Of a DNA stretch of 64,000 nucleotides, positions 24,338-36,680 are shown piece by piece. Both the position numbers and the translations under genes were made by a program. The notes beneath the pieces are model-generated. The model was not told the origin of the DNA. It searched no databases and saw only the letters and a list, made by a program, of their open reading frames with translations. The stretch is from Callorhinchus milii (Eukaryota): assembly GCF_018977255.1 (NCBI RefSeq), contig NW_024704742.1:48300001-48364000 (forward strand), given 5' to 3'. Position 1 is the first letter of the stretch. The number at the start of each line of letters is the position of its first letter.

Positions 24338-24354
24338 CACACACACACACACAC
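24338..24354. repeat. (CA)n microsatellite
   Basis: Seen directly. Confidence 0.9.
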
Positions 24355-24439
24355 AAATCTTTTCCCCCACATCAGTTCCTACCTGTGCTTATTATTGGCT
24401 GGAGAGTAAAGCTTTTGGGTTAAAATAAGTTCTTTATTT

Positions 24440-24780
24440 TCACCTTGACTCAGTTGGTAGCAGTCTCGCCGCTGGGTTAGATGTTAAGGTGTTATTGGTG
24501 GTTGACACACCAGCTCCACTGCATTGTCAAAGGTGCCACCATCCTACAGATGAGATGTTAAACTGAGATCCTGTTTGCCTCTTCAGGCTAAAGATTCCAT
24601 GGTACTATTGAAAAAGCGAAGAGAATTTCTCTCAGTATCCAGGCCAACAAATAAATGTAACCTTCACGTGATGGTTGTTTGTGTAACTTCGCTGTCTGCA
24701 AAATGGCTGCCTGTTTGCCTAGAAATAAACAGTTACTACACTTGACAGCAGTTGTCAGCGAAGTGCTTCGAGGCATTTCG
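24440..24780 (+). mobile_element. Old Deu-SINE (SacSINE1-like)
   Basis: 'gactcagttggtagca' head; 'gatgagatgttaaactgag'; 'gctgtctgcaaaatggctgcc'. Confidence 0.7.
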
Positions 24781-25573
24781 ACATTCTTGGCCCTAAATCA
24801 GATGCTAGGATTATTATTTCCCCTTCAATTCTTTATGTGCTGTAAGCAAACAGACCTCTACTTATATCTGCAGTTTGCCAAATAAAGTTAAGCAAGCTGA
24901 ACTGTGGTGGGTGTTATACAAAAAATGCAATCATCGGATTATGAAGTAAGATTAAAATACCTAGGTAGTAAACTGGCTGTGTTCTTGTGTCTATATATGT
25001 GAACATTATATTTTTCATTCCATTACTAAACTATCAAGCTAAATAAATCACACGCACTTTCAACCACATATTCATATTTCCCTTCATATTTCTGCAATCT
25101 GATTTCAGTCTATTTTGCTCACACAGAGAGACTGTCTGAAATAAAATGTTTTGTAACCAGCATCATCGTCAAAAATACACAGTATGTCCTATGAATCCCT
25201 TTGAGATGTCTGGATAACATGATAAGGCAATTATATAAAGGCACCATATTAAATGCAAGGATTATTAATAATATTATTACGATCATTGTACCACCCATGT
25301 GCGTCCAGACTTCTGTTTCAGAGGGGAATTCTAGTAGAGCCAAGGTAACTGGCAACAAGTTATGGCTTAGTCAGAATATGTAAAACACTAAACATAGTTG
25401 TGTTCTAGGATAGTACTTTGTGTGCCTAAATGGAAAGAAGGTTTGTGCGTGGGGGATCTCTGCATCCAGATTTCAATCACTGAGTTCAGAACCATTCCTA
25501 ATCTTGAAAGACTGAAATTTATCATGGTCAAAATAATAATGATCCTTGATGTAGTGCCTTATCATGTCATCGA

Positions 25574-25844
25574 AACTTTAGGCAGGTTTCCTTGCCTTGG
25601 ATTACCTAGCAGTAAGTAGGAGTTAGTTGTTTGGCGGATTGTTTCCGGGGGTAATAATCGCTCTCTCAAAAAATTTGGTCTCTCAATCTGCGACTATGTG
25701 TGGGACGCTGCTGTGTGCAGTTGGCTGCCCGTGTTTCGCCCACAAAATACAGTCAAATCACTTTACAGCATATTCTGTAAAGCACTTTGAGACATCTCAT
25801 TGACGTGATAAGGCGTTATATCAAATGCAAGAATTATTATTATT
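25574..25844 (+). mobile_element. 5'-truncated SINE inserted into a minus-strand SINE tail
   Basis: ATCGA at 25569-25573 and 25845-25849 flanks the insert; the host tail continues on both sides. Confidence 0.85.
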
Positions 25845-25974
25845 ATCGAGACATCTCAAAGTTCTTCACAGGATTTTCTGAGAAGTTCTAAATATCACCA
25901 GGCATAACACTCCTGTATCCTTGAACAATCATCAGTAGCAAAACTCCTTTAGTGCTCAGAGTGAGACCCCACAT

Positions 25975-26350
25975 GGAGTCCTCAGGGTGGTTACTGGTGA
26001 GTGCATAGTGGTTAGCGCACTTGCCTCACAAGTGAGAGGACCCCCGGTTTGATTCCTGGGCAGGGCAAAACCTTAGGCAAGTTTCACTTGCTCCACACAC
26101 CTCTATTTACATAGTACTAAGTAGGAACCTGGTTGTCAGTCAATTGGCGGATCCCTTTCCAGGGGTAATAACCTCTGCAAAAAACAAACAAAATGATCAC
26201 TCAATTCACGACTGTTTGTGGGACACTGCACGATTTGTCCACAAACTACGCAGTCACTCCACTTTATGGTATATTCTGTGAAGCGCTTTGAGATGTTTCA
26301 ATGATGTGATAAGGTGCTATATCAAATTCAACGATTATTATTATTATTAT
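25975..26350 (+). mobile_element. Full-length SINE, long variant
   Basis: tRNA head with a small insertion; (ATT)n tail. Confidence 0.88.
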
Positions 26351-27050
26351 AACCTTCTTTCCTGTTGAGAAAGGTCTTTCCTCCCCTCAGAAAATTTTGA
26401 GGTGCAAGAATGTAAGAAAGCACAAAATTAGAAAAAGCATTTCTTGTACAAACCTTGTGAAATGTTCCTTATCATGGACTACTCAGCCCAATGCCTGAGG
26501 GAGGCAACTAACCACAGGTAAATATTTAAGATAAAGACACATGAAATTTCTCTCACCGTCACATGCAAGTGATGAAGCAACACTCTAGGATATTAATCCA
26601 AACTTACAACTCACGCAACAAATTATATATAGTTTAGCATAAATTCCCATCAGAGTTATCCTTATGGCCCTTGATATACAATTACAATGTGTGTGTGTAT
26701 GTGGTGGGGGGTGGGAGTGGGTGGGGGATTGGGAGTCACAATGTCGACTGAATGTGAACTTTTAAGCACTTACATTTGAAAGGACATTGGGGTCTATTAT
26801 AAACTGATCACTAAAAGTAGCAATTGTTTCCCTTGCAATTTTAGAATAGAATTTGCCTTGCCAACGCTGTGGGAAAAGATTGGTATTATACAGATCATTG
26901 TAAATTAACAACACCCAATTACATTTTTATAGCGCCTTTCATATCAGGAGGATGTCCTCGGGACATCCTCCTGACGTCAATTGTTGCCCTGGAATGGAGA
27001 GTGACAAAGATCATCTCATGAGTTAGAATTCTCAGCAGCTTCTCAGCATT

Positions 27051-27620
27051 TGCATTTGTAAAGCGCCTTTCAAGTCGGGAGGGCGTCCTAAGACGTTGAA
27101 CAGTCAGAGTTTCGGACCCGAGCTGGGGGTTGGGATTGGGGAGGGTGCAGGGCAGGGGGAAGCAGGGTGATCAAAGAGGAGGGTCTTGAGATAGGTCTTG
27201 AAGGAGGTAATGGGAGGGGGCGAGGCGGATCGACTGCAGGATGGAGTTCCAGAAGGTGGGGGCAGAGTGGCAGAAGGCCCGCCTGCCAATAGTGGGGCGA
27301 GCAAGGTGGGAGAACGTGAAGCAGGCTGGAGCCCGCTGAGTGGGGGAGCAAGCAGGCTGGTAGGGGGTTAGGAGGTTGCAGAGGTAGGGGGGAGCAAGAC
27401 CATGGAAGGCTTTGAAGGTGAGAACCAGGATCTGGAACTGTATCCTCTATGTGATGGGAAGCCAGTGGAGTCGGGCGAGGATGGAGGTGATAGGGTCACA
27501 GAACCTAGTGCGGGAGAGGACATGGGTTGTAGAGTTCTGGATGATCTGCAGCCTATGGGGGAAGGGGTTAGGGAGGCCGACAAGCAAGGAGTTTGCATAG
27601 TCAAGCCTGGATGTAGTGAA
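27051..27620 (-). mobile_element. 5'-truncated L2
   Basis: Collinear with the 18327 and 8888 copies. Confidence 0.9.
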
Positions 27621-27989
27621 AGCTACTAAAGATTACCTATGATTCTAAAGAAACACTTACAGAACTAAACTCGTTTTCAATGGGGAAGACAATATTAGGA
27701 AGGGAGTTGATCAGGGCTTCAAAGTGGTGAAGGTCATGGATTGTGTAGATGGAAACTGTGTAAGCATTAAGGATGATTACAGATTAAAAGATTACTTTGG
27801 TTTCCCCAGTGCAATGGAAACATGAAACAAATTCTAATGTGCAAAGAAATAGTTATTCAATAAGTGGAGGGTAAGTATCACATGGTCCTGCTTGTTACTT
27901 CCCTCTACTCTGCCCTATGACTCCTGTAACAATTGAACTCTTTCCCTCCACACTTGTATCTTGCCCACTCTTTACATATTATTTGGGGG

Positions 27990-28330
27990 TTAGCCAGGTG
28001 CCTGACACATGCGGAAACCCTTCAACATGCTTAAGAGTATCCAAACCAAACTGAGATTTCCATCCATCCCACCTACACATGGAAATCCCAGAGATTTTTG
28101 GAATGGAATCCTGTTTACCAAATTTTGGAAAGCTTTAGGTGCAGGTTGACTGGAGCCAGGGCTTGGGGACCCCAGAGTGTGCATTGGGGTACTGCTGGAG
28201 TCTAACCAGTAAAACTGCATAACTTGCAATTGATATTGCTGTCCGGCAAGCTTTCTTGCTGTCCGGCAAGCTTGGACCACCCTACCCATTAGCGCTTTGG
28301 CTTGCAGGGTTAACAGGCGTTGAGTGGGAA
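27990..28330 (+). repeat. Unclassified interspersed repeat (related: 42310-42372, 43854-43970, 45335-45455 +; 56880-56978 -)
   Basis: Shared 'ttaagagtatccaaaccaaactgaga' and 'tacccattag.gctttgg.ttgcag.gttaac'. Confidence 0.7.
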
Positions 28331-31300
28331 GATTCCCTGCCCCCAGTGACTGGTCTGCCTCTCCAAGTCTTACCGATGAGCGAGGCTGGCTGTGCTGTCA
28401 TCAGCAGTGCCCTGCAATACTGCAAGATACGCCTGACTCAGAAACCGGACTTCAGAGACCCTCACAAAGGGCTGGCTCATTTCCAATATTTTGTTGCCAG
28501 ACATGCCACCATCTTCCTGTCTGCAGCTTGGGCACACGTCCCTTCCCATTGAGCAGTTCCACCAGTGGGAGATTCAGAATTTAAGCAGAAGCTGCTTACC
28601 TTTCTGTAAGCCAGTCAGGGTGGGTTCCAGGTGCTGGATGTACGAACATATGTTCACAAACCTGAACTCCAGGTAAAGGTCCTCGCACCACACTGAAGGC
28701 AGATGTCCGCCAGATAGCTGATGTGGTTGTTTTTATAAGCCACAGCTTGTGATGTGCTAGCCACCTTGATGTGCTCGAGGTACAAGTACAGTGCCGTATA
28801 TCAGGCTTACTCAGCACGAGTTTACGATTTGCATTTATATAGCAACTTCCATGTCCAGAGGATGTTTCAAATCGCTTTACACAACTTGCTGGGCACCTGA
28901 GCTGAAGTATGTTACATACAAAAAGCACCGTTCTAAGATCATCTGTGCATGGTTCCAAGATCATCTGCACACATGCAACATGTGCCATCAATCGGTAGGA
29001 ATGTGATACACACCTATACTAGAATCTGAAAAAAAGCTGACAAAAAGGGAATTTGGAGGTTTTCAGAGAAAACCAGTTCTAACTGATCAACTCTCAGTGA
29101 AAAAACTAGGTATAGTGAAAATTAGTAAAAAAAAGGATCCTAAAGGTCCCTGATCTGATAATAAATAATGACTATCATTGCATTTGATATATCTATCACC
29201 TTATCATGGTGAAATATCACAAAGCACTTCATCGAGTTTTACTGTAATGTGTGGTCACTGTGTATTTGTAGAAGCTATAAATGTGCACAGTAATGTTCCA
29301 CAAACACGCCAACAACAGGACTGAAGGGCGGCCAGTGCCTTTGAAATAACAGCATAGCTTTGAGACTCAGAGAGAAGGGAAAACATTGAACAGGGAGTAT
29401 CTTTAGAGGAACAAAAAAAAATAATTGACATTTCCACTCAGAATTCCCTCTCTGGAACCTTCTGGTGAAATTCAAATTTCCTCCTCCACACCCCTCCCCC
29501 CTCTCTCTGGTTTCAAAACAAACCCCAAATCGCATCTCTTTGACTCTGCCTTCAGCCACCTTCTCTCTACCTCCCTCTCGGCTCCCAGTCAAACTTTGTG
29601 AAGCGCATTGAGATGTCCATCTAAGTGAAAAGTACAATAAAGTGTAGCGTAAAGTGTAGTGACTATATTTTGTAGGTGAAACGCGGCAGCCAATTGCGCA
29701 CTGCAGTGTCCCTCAAACAATCGTAGATTGAATGACCACATTATTATTATTACTATTATCTTTTTGCAGAGATTATTACCCCCGGATGAGGATTGAAGTA
29801 GTTCCTAGCCTATCTACATAGTAAAGTTAAATCACGAAAGTTGATAAGTGACAGATTATTTGCAAAGTCAAAAATCCAGAAATGCGCCTGCAAAGCATCT
29901 TTTCTTTATATATTCTGAATTTAAAATGGCCCAAAGGTCAAACCGATTCAGATCCTGTTTAGAATTCTAGTGACTGGTTAATCATTATATGAAAGAGCAT
30001 AAACTATTGGGATATGTAGAGGTTTAAACCCATTGGTTCTGATGGAGTTCGTTAAAATGAATTATTCCTCAGCTATGTTCTCTTCCCTTTTCTGTCTGTG
30101 CTGCAAACCAGTGAGTCTTATTAGCAGTAGATCCAATGTAGCAATCCAGATCTCAAAATTAACAATTAATCAATAACTATAGAAAAACAATGAGCACAAA
30201 GACAAGTGCTAAAGATAGAAACCGATGGTATATTGTTGGGAGTTTACGGCCTGAGTTTGTACGTGTGATACATAGCTACAGTGAAAAGTAGTAACCTGAG
30301 TGGAAACAGTAATATAGTATGATTAAAACCTTTGAATATATGTCTTTTATTCTTTCTGACTAGAGGGTGATTTAGGTGTTATTTAGTTAAGCGGCTAGGT
30401 CGGTGTTACTTGGATCATTCATGTTTAATTATTTAGCCAACATAAATTCCTCTTCGATTGTACTTGCTTGTACAGAATAACAGAGGTGTCCATTAGCAGA
30501 GTTAGAGAAGAAAAATAATTGGGCTGTGATTATTTATAGGCCAATGAAGGCTTAGTGTGAAACTACTGACAGCAAATTTATACTAGTTGATCATGAGAGC
30601 ATTTAACGATAATCCTTGCATTTGGATTTGATTAGAAGTCAAAATATACTGTTGTAACATTGGATATTACAGATGTATGGTTTAAAATTACTATTTAGAC
30701 ATTTTTAATATATTAATTGCAAATTTGTTGTAAATTTCATCATTTCTTATGTATCAATTTGGAATTGCACTGAGCAATGCATTTATCTTCTGGGTTAATT
30801 TGGAGAAGCTGTTTCAATGCTATCGTATTAATTCCATCACTGATGTACAGATGAAATTATACATCTCTGCACAGATCAATTCATCGACTTCCCTGGTCAA
30901 TCTGTGCACCTCAGTATTTCAGCATATGGGGTGTTTATCCACTAGACACTCACAGTCTTAATGCCTCACAAAAAACAGATAAACTTGTTAAGATCAAATG
31001 TTTTCAAATTATGCATTAAGGAATAAAGTTTGGCATGGACGTGAACAGTACAGCAAAAGTACCTACCTCAGAGCTGGGAACATGAGGGACATGATAATCT
31101 TTGTACCAGTAAACCACTGTAGTATCCTATTGCAACATTTCTGGTAAATGATCACTTTAAGCTTATTATTAAAGTAAAAGATATGTGTAAAGATTCACAA
31201 ATAGTTTATGAAAATAATCACATTTGATGAACTATTTAAACCTAACAAGGTTTGTGCTGGTGATAAACCAACAAAATGTTGCAATTAAAAGTGGACAGCA

Positions 31301-31611
31301 TATTTTATTGTAAAACGTGCAGTCATTAAAATATTCTGACAAGAAATAAATGCCTCTTTATTTGATTCTCACTCTCTTTTACTGGCAGGATTTCTGAGCT
31401 GAAACTTTCATGCGGAACGATTTTGTCTGGCCTCTGACAATCAAGCATTAACATTTTAAAACATGACCTCCTTGTAAACGTGATTATCAGTGAAAGCAAA
31501 GTACTTCAGCCGGTTAGAGGCCAAATGATTCAATGTCACATGAACTATTGTGTTGTCATATTCAATGTCACATGAACTGCAAGTTTATCCGCAGAATCAA
31601 TGCTGATTAGT

Positions 31612-31790
31612 ACAACAGCAAATTACATTTATTTTGCGCCTTTCAAGTCGGAAGGACATCCCAAGCTGCTGGACATTTATGGGTTTGCACCTGAGCTGGG
31701 GGTTGGGATCAAGAGGAGTGGAGGGCAGGGGGTGCAGGAGTTTGGCCAAAGGCACAGTCAAAGAAGAAGGTCTTGAGACAAACCTTGAAA
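31612..31790 (-). mobile_element. L2 3' fragment
   Basis: 'gcgcctttcaagtcggaaggacatcccaag..gctggaca'. Confidence 0.85.
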
Positions 31791-31959
31791 AGCTGAAAAT
31801 AAATATCCTCTTTGTCAGCATTGATAAATGTAAGAAATGTACACTATTTTGACAGGAAATAGCTCAGTAATTTGTTAGTGTTGCAGGAGAAAGAATATTT
31901 CTTTCTGATCTGGGAATGCATGTTACCCAACCATTGAAATAAATGAAATGGAAATGAAT

Positions 31960-32300
31960 CATTGCATTTGATATAACAACTTATAACTTCTTCAAGGCAC
32001 TTCACAGGATTTACTGTTCAGTGTGGTGACTGTGTTTTGTAGGCCAATGCGGCAGCCAATTTGCACACAGCAATGTCCCCCAAATAGCCATAAAGTGAAT
32101 GATCAATTTTATCTGGTGGATTTTTGGCCAGTACACCAGGAGAAATCCTCTTTGTGAATAGTTTCATGGAATCTTTAACATCCACTTTAACAGGCAGACA
32201 GGATCTCAAGTTAACAGCCTGGAATGAACTCAAAGTCTCTGACATAGGACTTGAAACCACAACCCTCTGACCCAAAGTCGAAAATGGCACCAGCCAAACC
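31960..32300 (-). mobile_element. Old Deu-SINE
   Basis: 'gcggcagccaatttgcacacagcaatgtccc'; 'catggaatctttaacatccac'. Confidence 0.7.
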
Positions 32301-32424
32301 AACTTTTCCTATCGGGCTAAGCTAATTCAAAGCCAGATCCCAGACGTGAAAAAATGATAGGATGGAATTGTGGTTGATTTGATTCCATCCATTCCTAAAA
32401 ACTGGTTGCAAGTGTATTTTGTCC

Positions 32425-32580
32425 ACCTTCCACTCCCCTTCCAATGTCCCCTTCCCCCAGCGCTCCTCCCCCATCTGCCTCTCCCCTATCTCCCCCTCTT
32501 CTCAGCTCATCCTCCCCTTCCAGTTGCCCTCCCCTTAGCTCCCCTCCAATCTCCCCACCCCTCCCAGCTCTCTCTCCCAG
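32425..32580. repeat. Pyrimidine/C-rich low-complexity tract ahead of a degenerate L2-type tail
   Basis: About 150 nt of mostly C/T, then 'gtgaagtgctttgag...tataaatgtaaattgtt'. Confidence 0.85.
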
Positions 32581-32984
32581 TCATCTGGTGAAGTGCTTTG
32601 AGTTGTTCCTCTGACAAGAATTATATAAATGTAAATTGTTTTTGCAATTTGAGTCATCCCATCTGACTAATATGTATGTCTGAGAGCAATACATTGGTCT
32701 GTCAATTCACTTTACAGTAACAACCACGTGGTTCGTGCTGACATTGCTATTCTCCAAAAATAAAAGATCAAAATAATTGCTGTCCTCAGAAACTTGACTG
32801 CTAGTCTGGGTGACACAGAGACTTCGGACACAAGTTGCAATGCAGCCACGAATCATGGGATAAACATTCACCTCCTTCATTGTCTGCATAGATCCAAAGT
32901 GAAATTAATTTGGACAGTTTAAAGTATTACCTTGTGGGTTACTGCCCCCCAAAATAATTTGGAACTAATTGATAGTTTCACTGA

Positions 32985-33160
32985 CACAGGGTGGCTGTTG
33001 TGGGCAGCAAAAGCATATTGTAGCGGGCTTGCTCTTCTGAGGTTGGAACAAAGGCACATTTTTGGAGTGGGAGAGAAAGAGAAGTGCAGAGGGGGCTTTA
33101 TTCTGCATCTCTCCTGCGCCGCACCTGACTGCATGGTATTGACACCGGGTGCCAAAAGTG
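32985..33160 (+). mobile_element. Possible LF-SINE-related 3' fragment
   Basis: 'ggtt..aggcacatt...agtgcagagggggctttattctgcatct...gcacctgac' resembles, from memory, LF-SINE-like shark repeats. Confidence 0.35.
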
Positions 33161-34776
33161 CAATAGTGTTCTGTTCCTAATGCTGACATCAGTTTAGTGA
33201 GTACAAAACGTTCACCCACACAATGATTTTGCTGTGTCATCGCTTACCACCTCCTCTCACGGAATAAAGAAAAATGTAATTAAAAAAAGAATGCATTGTG
33301 AATTACAGTTGTCCAAAAATCACATTTATCAACATTGGAAAAGTGAAAAGAAAGGTAGTGAGATATTGCTTTTATGTAATTAAAAAAGGCTCCCGCCTCC
33401 TCTTCTGACTCCTCTCACAAATGGGTCCTCAGGCTGCAGTTACTTATCTAAGTGGTCATTTTTTATGTGAAAGTTTAGATAATCCTGTCCTCAAGCAATT
33501 GCACACGTCCTTTCCAGCAGTGATCACAAAGTAGCCATTGGGAGTGGGAACCTGGATGAATATTGCCTTTCCTCCCCCCCAGTGGCACTGAGGCCAATGG
33601 TAGAGCCCCTGCTGCTGTCTGGTGGAGATCAGATGACCGAGCCTACACTGGGGTGTGGACCTGGGACCTTCACAGTCTATGTGGCTGAATTTCATACCCG
33701 GCTTTATGAACCAAACCATGAAGCAAACCTGCCTTTTACATAAAGTTGTGTAATTGTTGTATAGAAAGCAAGCACTTTCTAATCAACCATTTTGCCCACA
33801 AAATATACACTCAATTCACTTCACAGTATATTCCTTGAAACGCTTTGAGACGTCTGATAAGGCATTATATCAAATCCAAGGATTGTAGTTAATAATCCTT
33901 GACTTTGGTTAATAATGCATTTGGTGGTTAATAATAATTATTAATTTGGCTAATTTGCAGTAGATATAGTTTTTTAGGAGTAGATACTTTCTATTCAGGA
34001 CTAGACAGAACAAGACAGAGTTCTTCAGGAGTAGATATAAATTCTGGCAGGGAAACTGCATACCGATTAATTCCAGGACTGTGGCATCTGCTGGGATTGT
34101 AATGTGGACATAAGCCAAGTGTTTCATCCATTATTCATAGATTAACTTGAAATACAAGGGAGGGTCAATGAGGCTCAAAATTGCATGCTGCACCAACCAT
34201 GTCAGGCTTTTCTCTGTTTATTAAGCAATTGTACATTTCTCAGATAGCAATGTAGTGTGGGCAAAGCTTCCTCATGTGGTCTGCAGATATGCATAACCAA
34301 CAACATCAGCAATTAGCTACAGAATTAGGCTGGTTAAATGGCTCATGAAGAATCGTTGTGCGGCAGGGGGGCTTGGAATCTGTCACAAATTTATATTTTT
34401 CAAGCCTACCCTGGCAGATTTTCTCATAGAATGATCTTAATAACACACCAATGGTTAACCAAATGATTTAGCAAACACATTCCATATTAATTCAAGGGCT
34501 TTTGCAAGTAAACTGATCACATCTGCCCCCTACTGCTTAATGTCCATAGGACTAATGGTAGTTGTAATGTTTGAGGACTTTGGATTGAAGAATACACATG
34601 ATGCAAATTTGCATTTATATAGCACCTTCCATGTTGGGAGACATCCCAAAGTCCTTGACCCTGCTGGCTGGGCACCGGAGCTGAGGGTAGGAGTTGAGGG
34701 GTTGAGAGGAAAACGTGACCAAAAGAAGTGTGTATTGTTGAATGAGATTTTTATGTTGCTATGGGGAGTTTCGACT

Positions 34777-35112
34777 ATAATAATAATAATCCTTGCGTTT
34801 TGATATAGCACTTATCACGTCTTCGAGACGTCTCAAAGTGCTTCACAGAATAGACTGTAAAGTGAATTCACTGTATAATTGTGGGCGAAACGTGGCAGCC
34901 AATTGTGCACAAAATTGGTCACTTCAATCCATAACTGAAGTGTCCCACAAACAGTCGTGGATTGAAGTGACCAATTTACTACTTTTTTCCTCAGGGATTA
35001 TTATCAGGCGCGTGGAGTAAGGAAAGTTGCCCAAGGTTTCGCTCTGCCGGGAATCAAACCCAGGTTTCTCGCAAGCGAGGTGAGTGCTCTAACCACTGAA
35101 CTACAGGACTCC
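34777..35112 (-). mobile_element. Full-length SINE, short variant, with an internal inverted duplication
   Basis: Head-to-tail match to 38271-38583; extra inverted 26 nt at 34912-34937. Confidence 0.9.
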
Positions 35113-35657
35113 TATACAACATAAACTCCCCAGATTTAAAAAGATGGAATCAACAAGTAAGGCTGTTGGTTTCAGGGAGGTTTGTTAAAATATCAGAATT
35201 AGCCATACTGTAAACTTGAATTCAAATAGTTCCCTGGTTAGAAAAGTGACGTCGAAAGAAGGTTAGCAATTAGTTAAAATGATTAAGCTACAGTCGAACT
35301 TCTTCTTGAAGACCCCCTTCAGGACCAGCAGAAAAAAATCACTATATCAGGTTGTCCACTATAATATGGTTTGTTGATTTGTTGCATCAGGAAAATTAAG
35401 AAACTACCAATTTGAATTGAACATCATTTTATTTTTGTTAAAAAAACTATACAGCATAGATTGCTTCATATTATTCGTACTTTTCTCAATGCACACTGTT
35501 TCTATTTTGTTAAGCAATCCAAAAAGATCCTCAGTTCCAGATAGTGACTGTGAGAAGTTTTGTTTGGTTGCTTCATGCCAGTTTCCTCATTGCAGTTGCC
35601 TCCTCTCGTTTGTTCACTCCCATTCACTTCCGTTCATTCCCATTCACTCTATTCACT

Positions 35658-36005
35658 CTCTGTCACCTCCCTACCTCTCCAATCTCCTCACTCCTCAATC
35701 CACCACCCGGCGCCTCCGCTCGCCTGGTACTGGCTTCCTGCTCGTCCCTCGCACCTTCCGACCCACCATCGGAGGTTGTGTTTTCAGCCACTACGCCCCA
35801 AGACTCTGGAACACTCTTCCTCAATCCCTCTGCCTTGCCCCCTTTCTTCCCTCTTTCAAGTCCCATCTGAAAACTTTCCTGTTCGACCATGCTTATGGCC
35901 ACCTCCCCCCTCCCCCTGGCTAGGAGTCAGGCTCTGCCACTGTTAAGCGCTCTGAGACGCTACCCTGTGTGGAGGGCGCTATACAAGTGCAAGTTGTTGT
36001 TGTTG
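35658..36005 (+). mobile_element. L2 3' fragment
   Basis: PTIGGCVFSHYAPRLWNTLP...LKTFLFD; (TTG)n tail. Confidence 0.9.
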
Positions 36006-36102
36006 TAGTTTGTGTGCAGTTGGCGGGCCGTCTTATCAGGCAACAAATGCATACGTCAAGGGTGATTCACACTACAATAGGTTATCTTTCAATTAGCCTC
36101 AC

Positions 36103-36211
36103 CTTGAATTCCTTCGTTGTATCGGGGTTGGTCTAGGTCGATCCCTTTTAAGAGTTTGTTGTAGTAAGGCTGATTTCCATTGAAAAAATCGGGTCTTGCC
36201 GTTCGGATCAT
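36103..36211 (-). CDS. Candidate first coding exon MIRTARPDFFNGNQPYYNKLLKGIDLDQPRYNEGIQ + 1 nt
   Basis: gtaATG, 36 open codons, then CAAG|GTGAGG donor; CpG-retaining. No homolog recognised. Confidence 0.25.
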
Positions 36212-36261
36212 TACAACTTTTTTTTGTTTTAAGCAGGGTTTGTTATAGTGGTTGTTGTGTG

Positions 36262-36680
36262 TGTGTCAGTTGGCAGCACTCTCACGTCTGTTGTGGGTTC
36301 AAACCCCACATCGGGACATGAGCTCCCATAGTCTAAGCTGACACTCCAATGCAGTGCTGGCAGATGTTCTACGTTGTTGGAAGCGCTGTATAAGATGCTA
36401 AACTGATGCATCTTCGGATAAGTTGCTAAACCAAGGTCCTGTTTAAAAAGCAAAGGGAGCTTCTCCTGGCAACCTGGCCAACAATTCCCAAATAAAATTA
36501 GTCATTCATTTCATGGCTGTTTGTGGGTTATTGTTGGGCGCAAATTCAGTGTTGTGTTTGCCTGCATTTGTGTAGTGAAAACACACAGTCAGTTTGTACA
36601 CAGCTTGTATGTCAAGAGGAGGTCTCAAGTTGCTCACAGGATTTACTATAGTAAAGGGCACTATATCAAGTGCAACATTT
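36262..36680 (+). mobile_element. Old Deu-SINE
   Basis: 'tcagttggcagcactctc...gggttcaaacccca...ctaagctgacactccaatgcagtgctg'. Confidence 0.72.

Noticed and set aside
32370..32591. Proline/leucine-rich ORF
   Set aside because: Artefact of a C/T-rich low-complexity tract.
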